Assembly (NCBI GenBank): GCA_951406725.2
Contig: OX597817.1
Span: 34,410,001 to 34,474,000, forward strand
DNA length: 64,000 bases
From: Octopus vulgaris
Lineage: Eukaryota
Direction: 5' to 3'
In this document: in pieces, positions 62,654 through 64,000 of the stretch
How positions within the stretch are numbered: position 1 is the stretch's first letter
Layout of the letters: every line of letters begins with the position of its first letter
Made by a program: the position numbers and the translations under genes
The notes under the pieces: generated by a model
What the model was told of the DNA's origin: nothing
Databases searched by the model: none
The model's input: the letters and a program-made list of their open reading frames with translations, nothing else

Positions 62654-64000
62654 GTAAACATTCTGAATTTCTATAATTGATTTCCTACTGTAATCAGGTT
62701 GACTGAGGCAAGTTGTATTCTTCCAAATTCACAAAATGGAATGGATTTATCTGCCAAGTGAAGAAGAAAATCCTAACCTTTCAGGGAATGAAAAGTAGGG
62801 ATCTGTAAGACGAAGTAAAATAGCATGTGTTACTATAAGGGAGTAGATTTAGAAAGGGACATGAAATGGAAGGAAATAACAAATAGAGAGAAGGAAGAAC
62901 AATAAGGATTTTGTCATTGCTTCCTTTACTATCTTTGGTGAGCACATTATGTGAATGCAAGGCATTTTGACACTGCTTTTTTTTTTTTTTTTTTACTCCT
63001 CTTCAATTTTACAAATATTTTTTTTCAATTTTTGGTTTTTTGCTGTTCTTCTCGGCCATTCTAGATCTTTAATATCCCTTTGTATTCTTTCTTCTCTGAT
63101 GTTATGTTCCACCACTTTCTTGATCTTTTTTTTTACACATTAAGTGCTCTGTTGTTTCTATTTCATTACATCCAGCTTTACATTTTATATCCTTTTTGAA
63201 TTGACCTTTGAATGGGAAGAAAGGTCAAGCTGGAATGTGAAAAGAAGTAATATTGAATATAGTTTTAAAAAAAAGTGAGATGTGGAGATAACAGTAAGGG
63301 AGAATATGGAGTCAAATATAGAATGTAAAGAATAAAAAAACATTATCTGAAAAAGAAGAAATAAAAAAGAGATGAGTATTGAAAGAAAAGAAAAGATAGA
63401 AGGTATTTATAAGAAAATAAAAAGGCATCCATTGAGTGATGTTGGCTGATGAAGCTTCAGGAGAAAAAATGAATGTTTTCTTTCATATCTGTGAATGTGA
63501 CAGAATCTATCACACCACAAGCTGGATTGTGATCTGTGGAATGGTCTAACAAACTGAAGTTGTAGGCCATAGGCTTAGAGAGTCCCTGAGTGTTGTTGTG
63601 GATATTGAAAATAGGTACTTTCAGAAGCAATCTCTCAAAACAATGTGTTATAGATCTTTTTAGTTTATACCTCTTTGTGAGGTAGAGCCTATCACCCTTT
63701 GTTTTCTTCGGGGCCTCCAAGACTGATTGGAGGAAGGGAAGAAATTATCCTCAAACTGGAGACCTGACAGCAGCAGATAAGTAGTGATGTAATTGTTGTT
63801 TAACCCCAGGTCAGCCCTGATGGAGCAGGCCTGTGTAATCATTCTTTCCAGCTAGTGTTATTTGAGACTGCATTATTTAATGTGTCATTTTTTTTTTTTA
63901 CTTTAGTAATGTGTGGAGATTTGATTTTTGTTTTGTGCAGGTGAAATAACAGCATAGAAACCGTCGTTAGTTCATTGTGGTAATGAAGTTGATGAGATTG

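Overview
AT-rich, repeat-dense animal genomic DNA. The SINE, Penelope and RTE repertoire points to a coleoid cephalopod such as Octopus (inference). Most of the window is one plus-strand gene of the CP2/LSF transcription-factor family (TFCP2/UBP1/gemini-like). I reconstructed 16 coding exons from ATG 6238 to 62653, all with GT-AG boundaries and consistent phases: 1590 nt, 530 codons, giving the N-terminal motif, CP2 DNA-binding domain, Ser/Pro-rich linker, SAM-like domain and C-terminal domain. The last exon(s) and stop are probably beyond the window. Introns, including a 25-kb intron 2, hold at least four SINE-like families, RTE/CR1/R4-like LINE fragments, Penelope-like fragments, hAT, pogo and piggyBac-type MITEs, and two non-autonomous Helitrons. 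Almost all ORFs in the supplied track are repeat-derived noise. Most notable: several minimal type-I hammerhead ribozyme motifs linked to Penelope remnants, two of them sense to the pre-mRNA; a 39-bp perfect intronic hairpin; a candidate spliced divergent/antisense transcript; frame-neutral linker exons; and MITE-borne CP2-type binding sites inside the CP2 gene.
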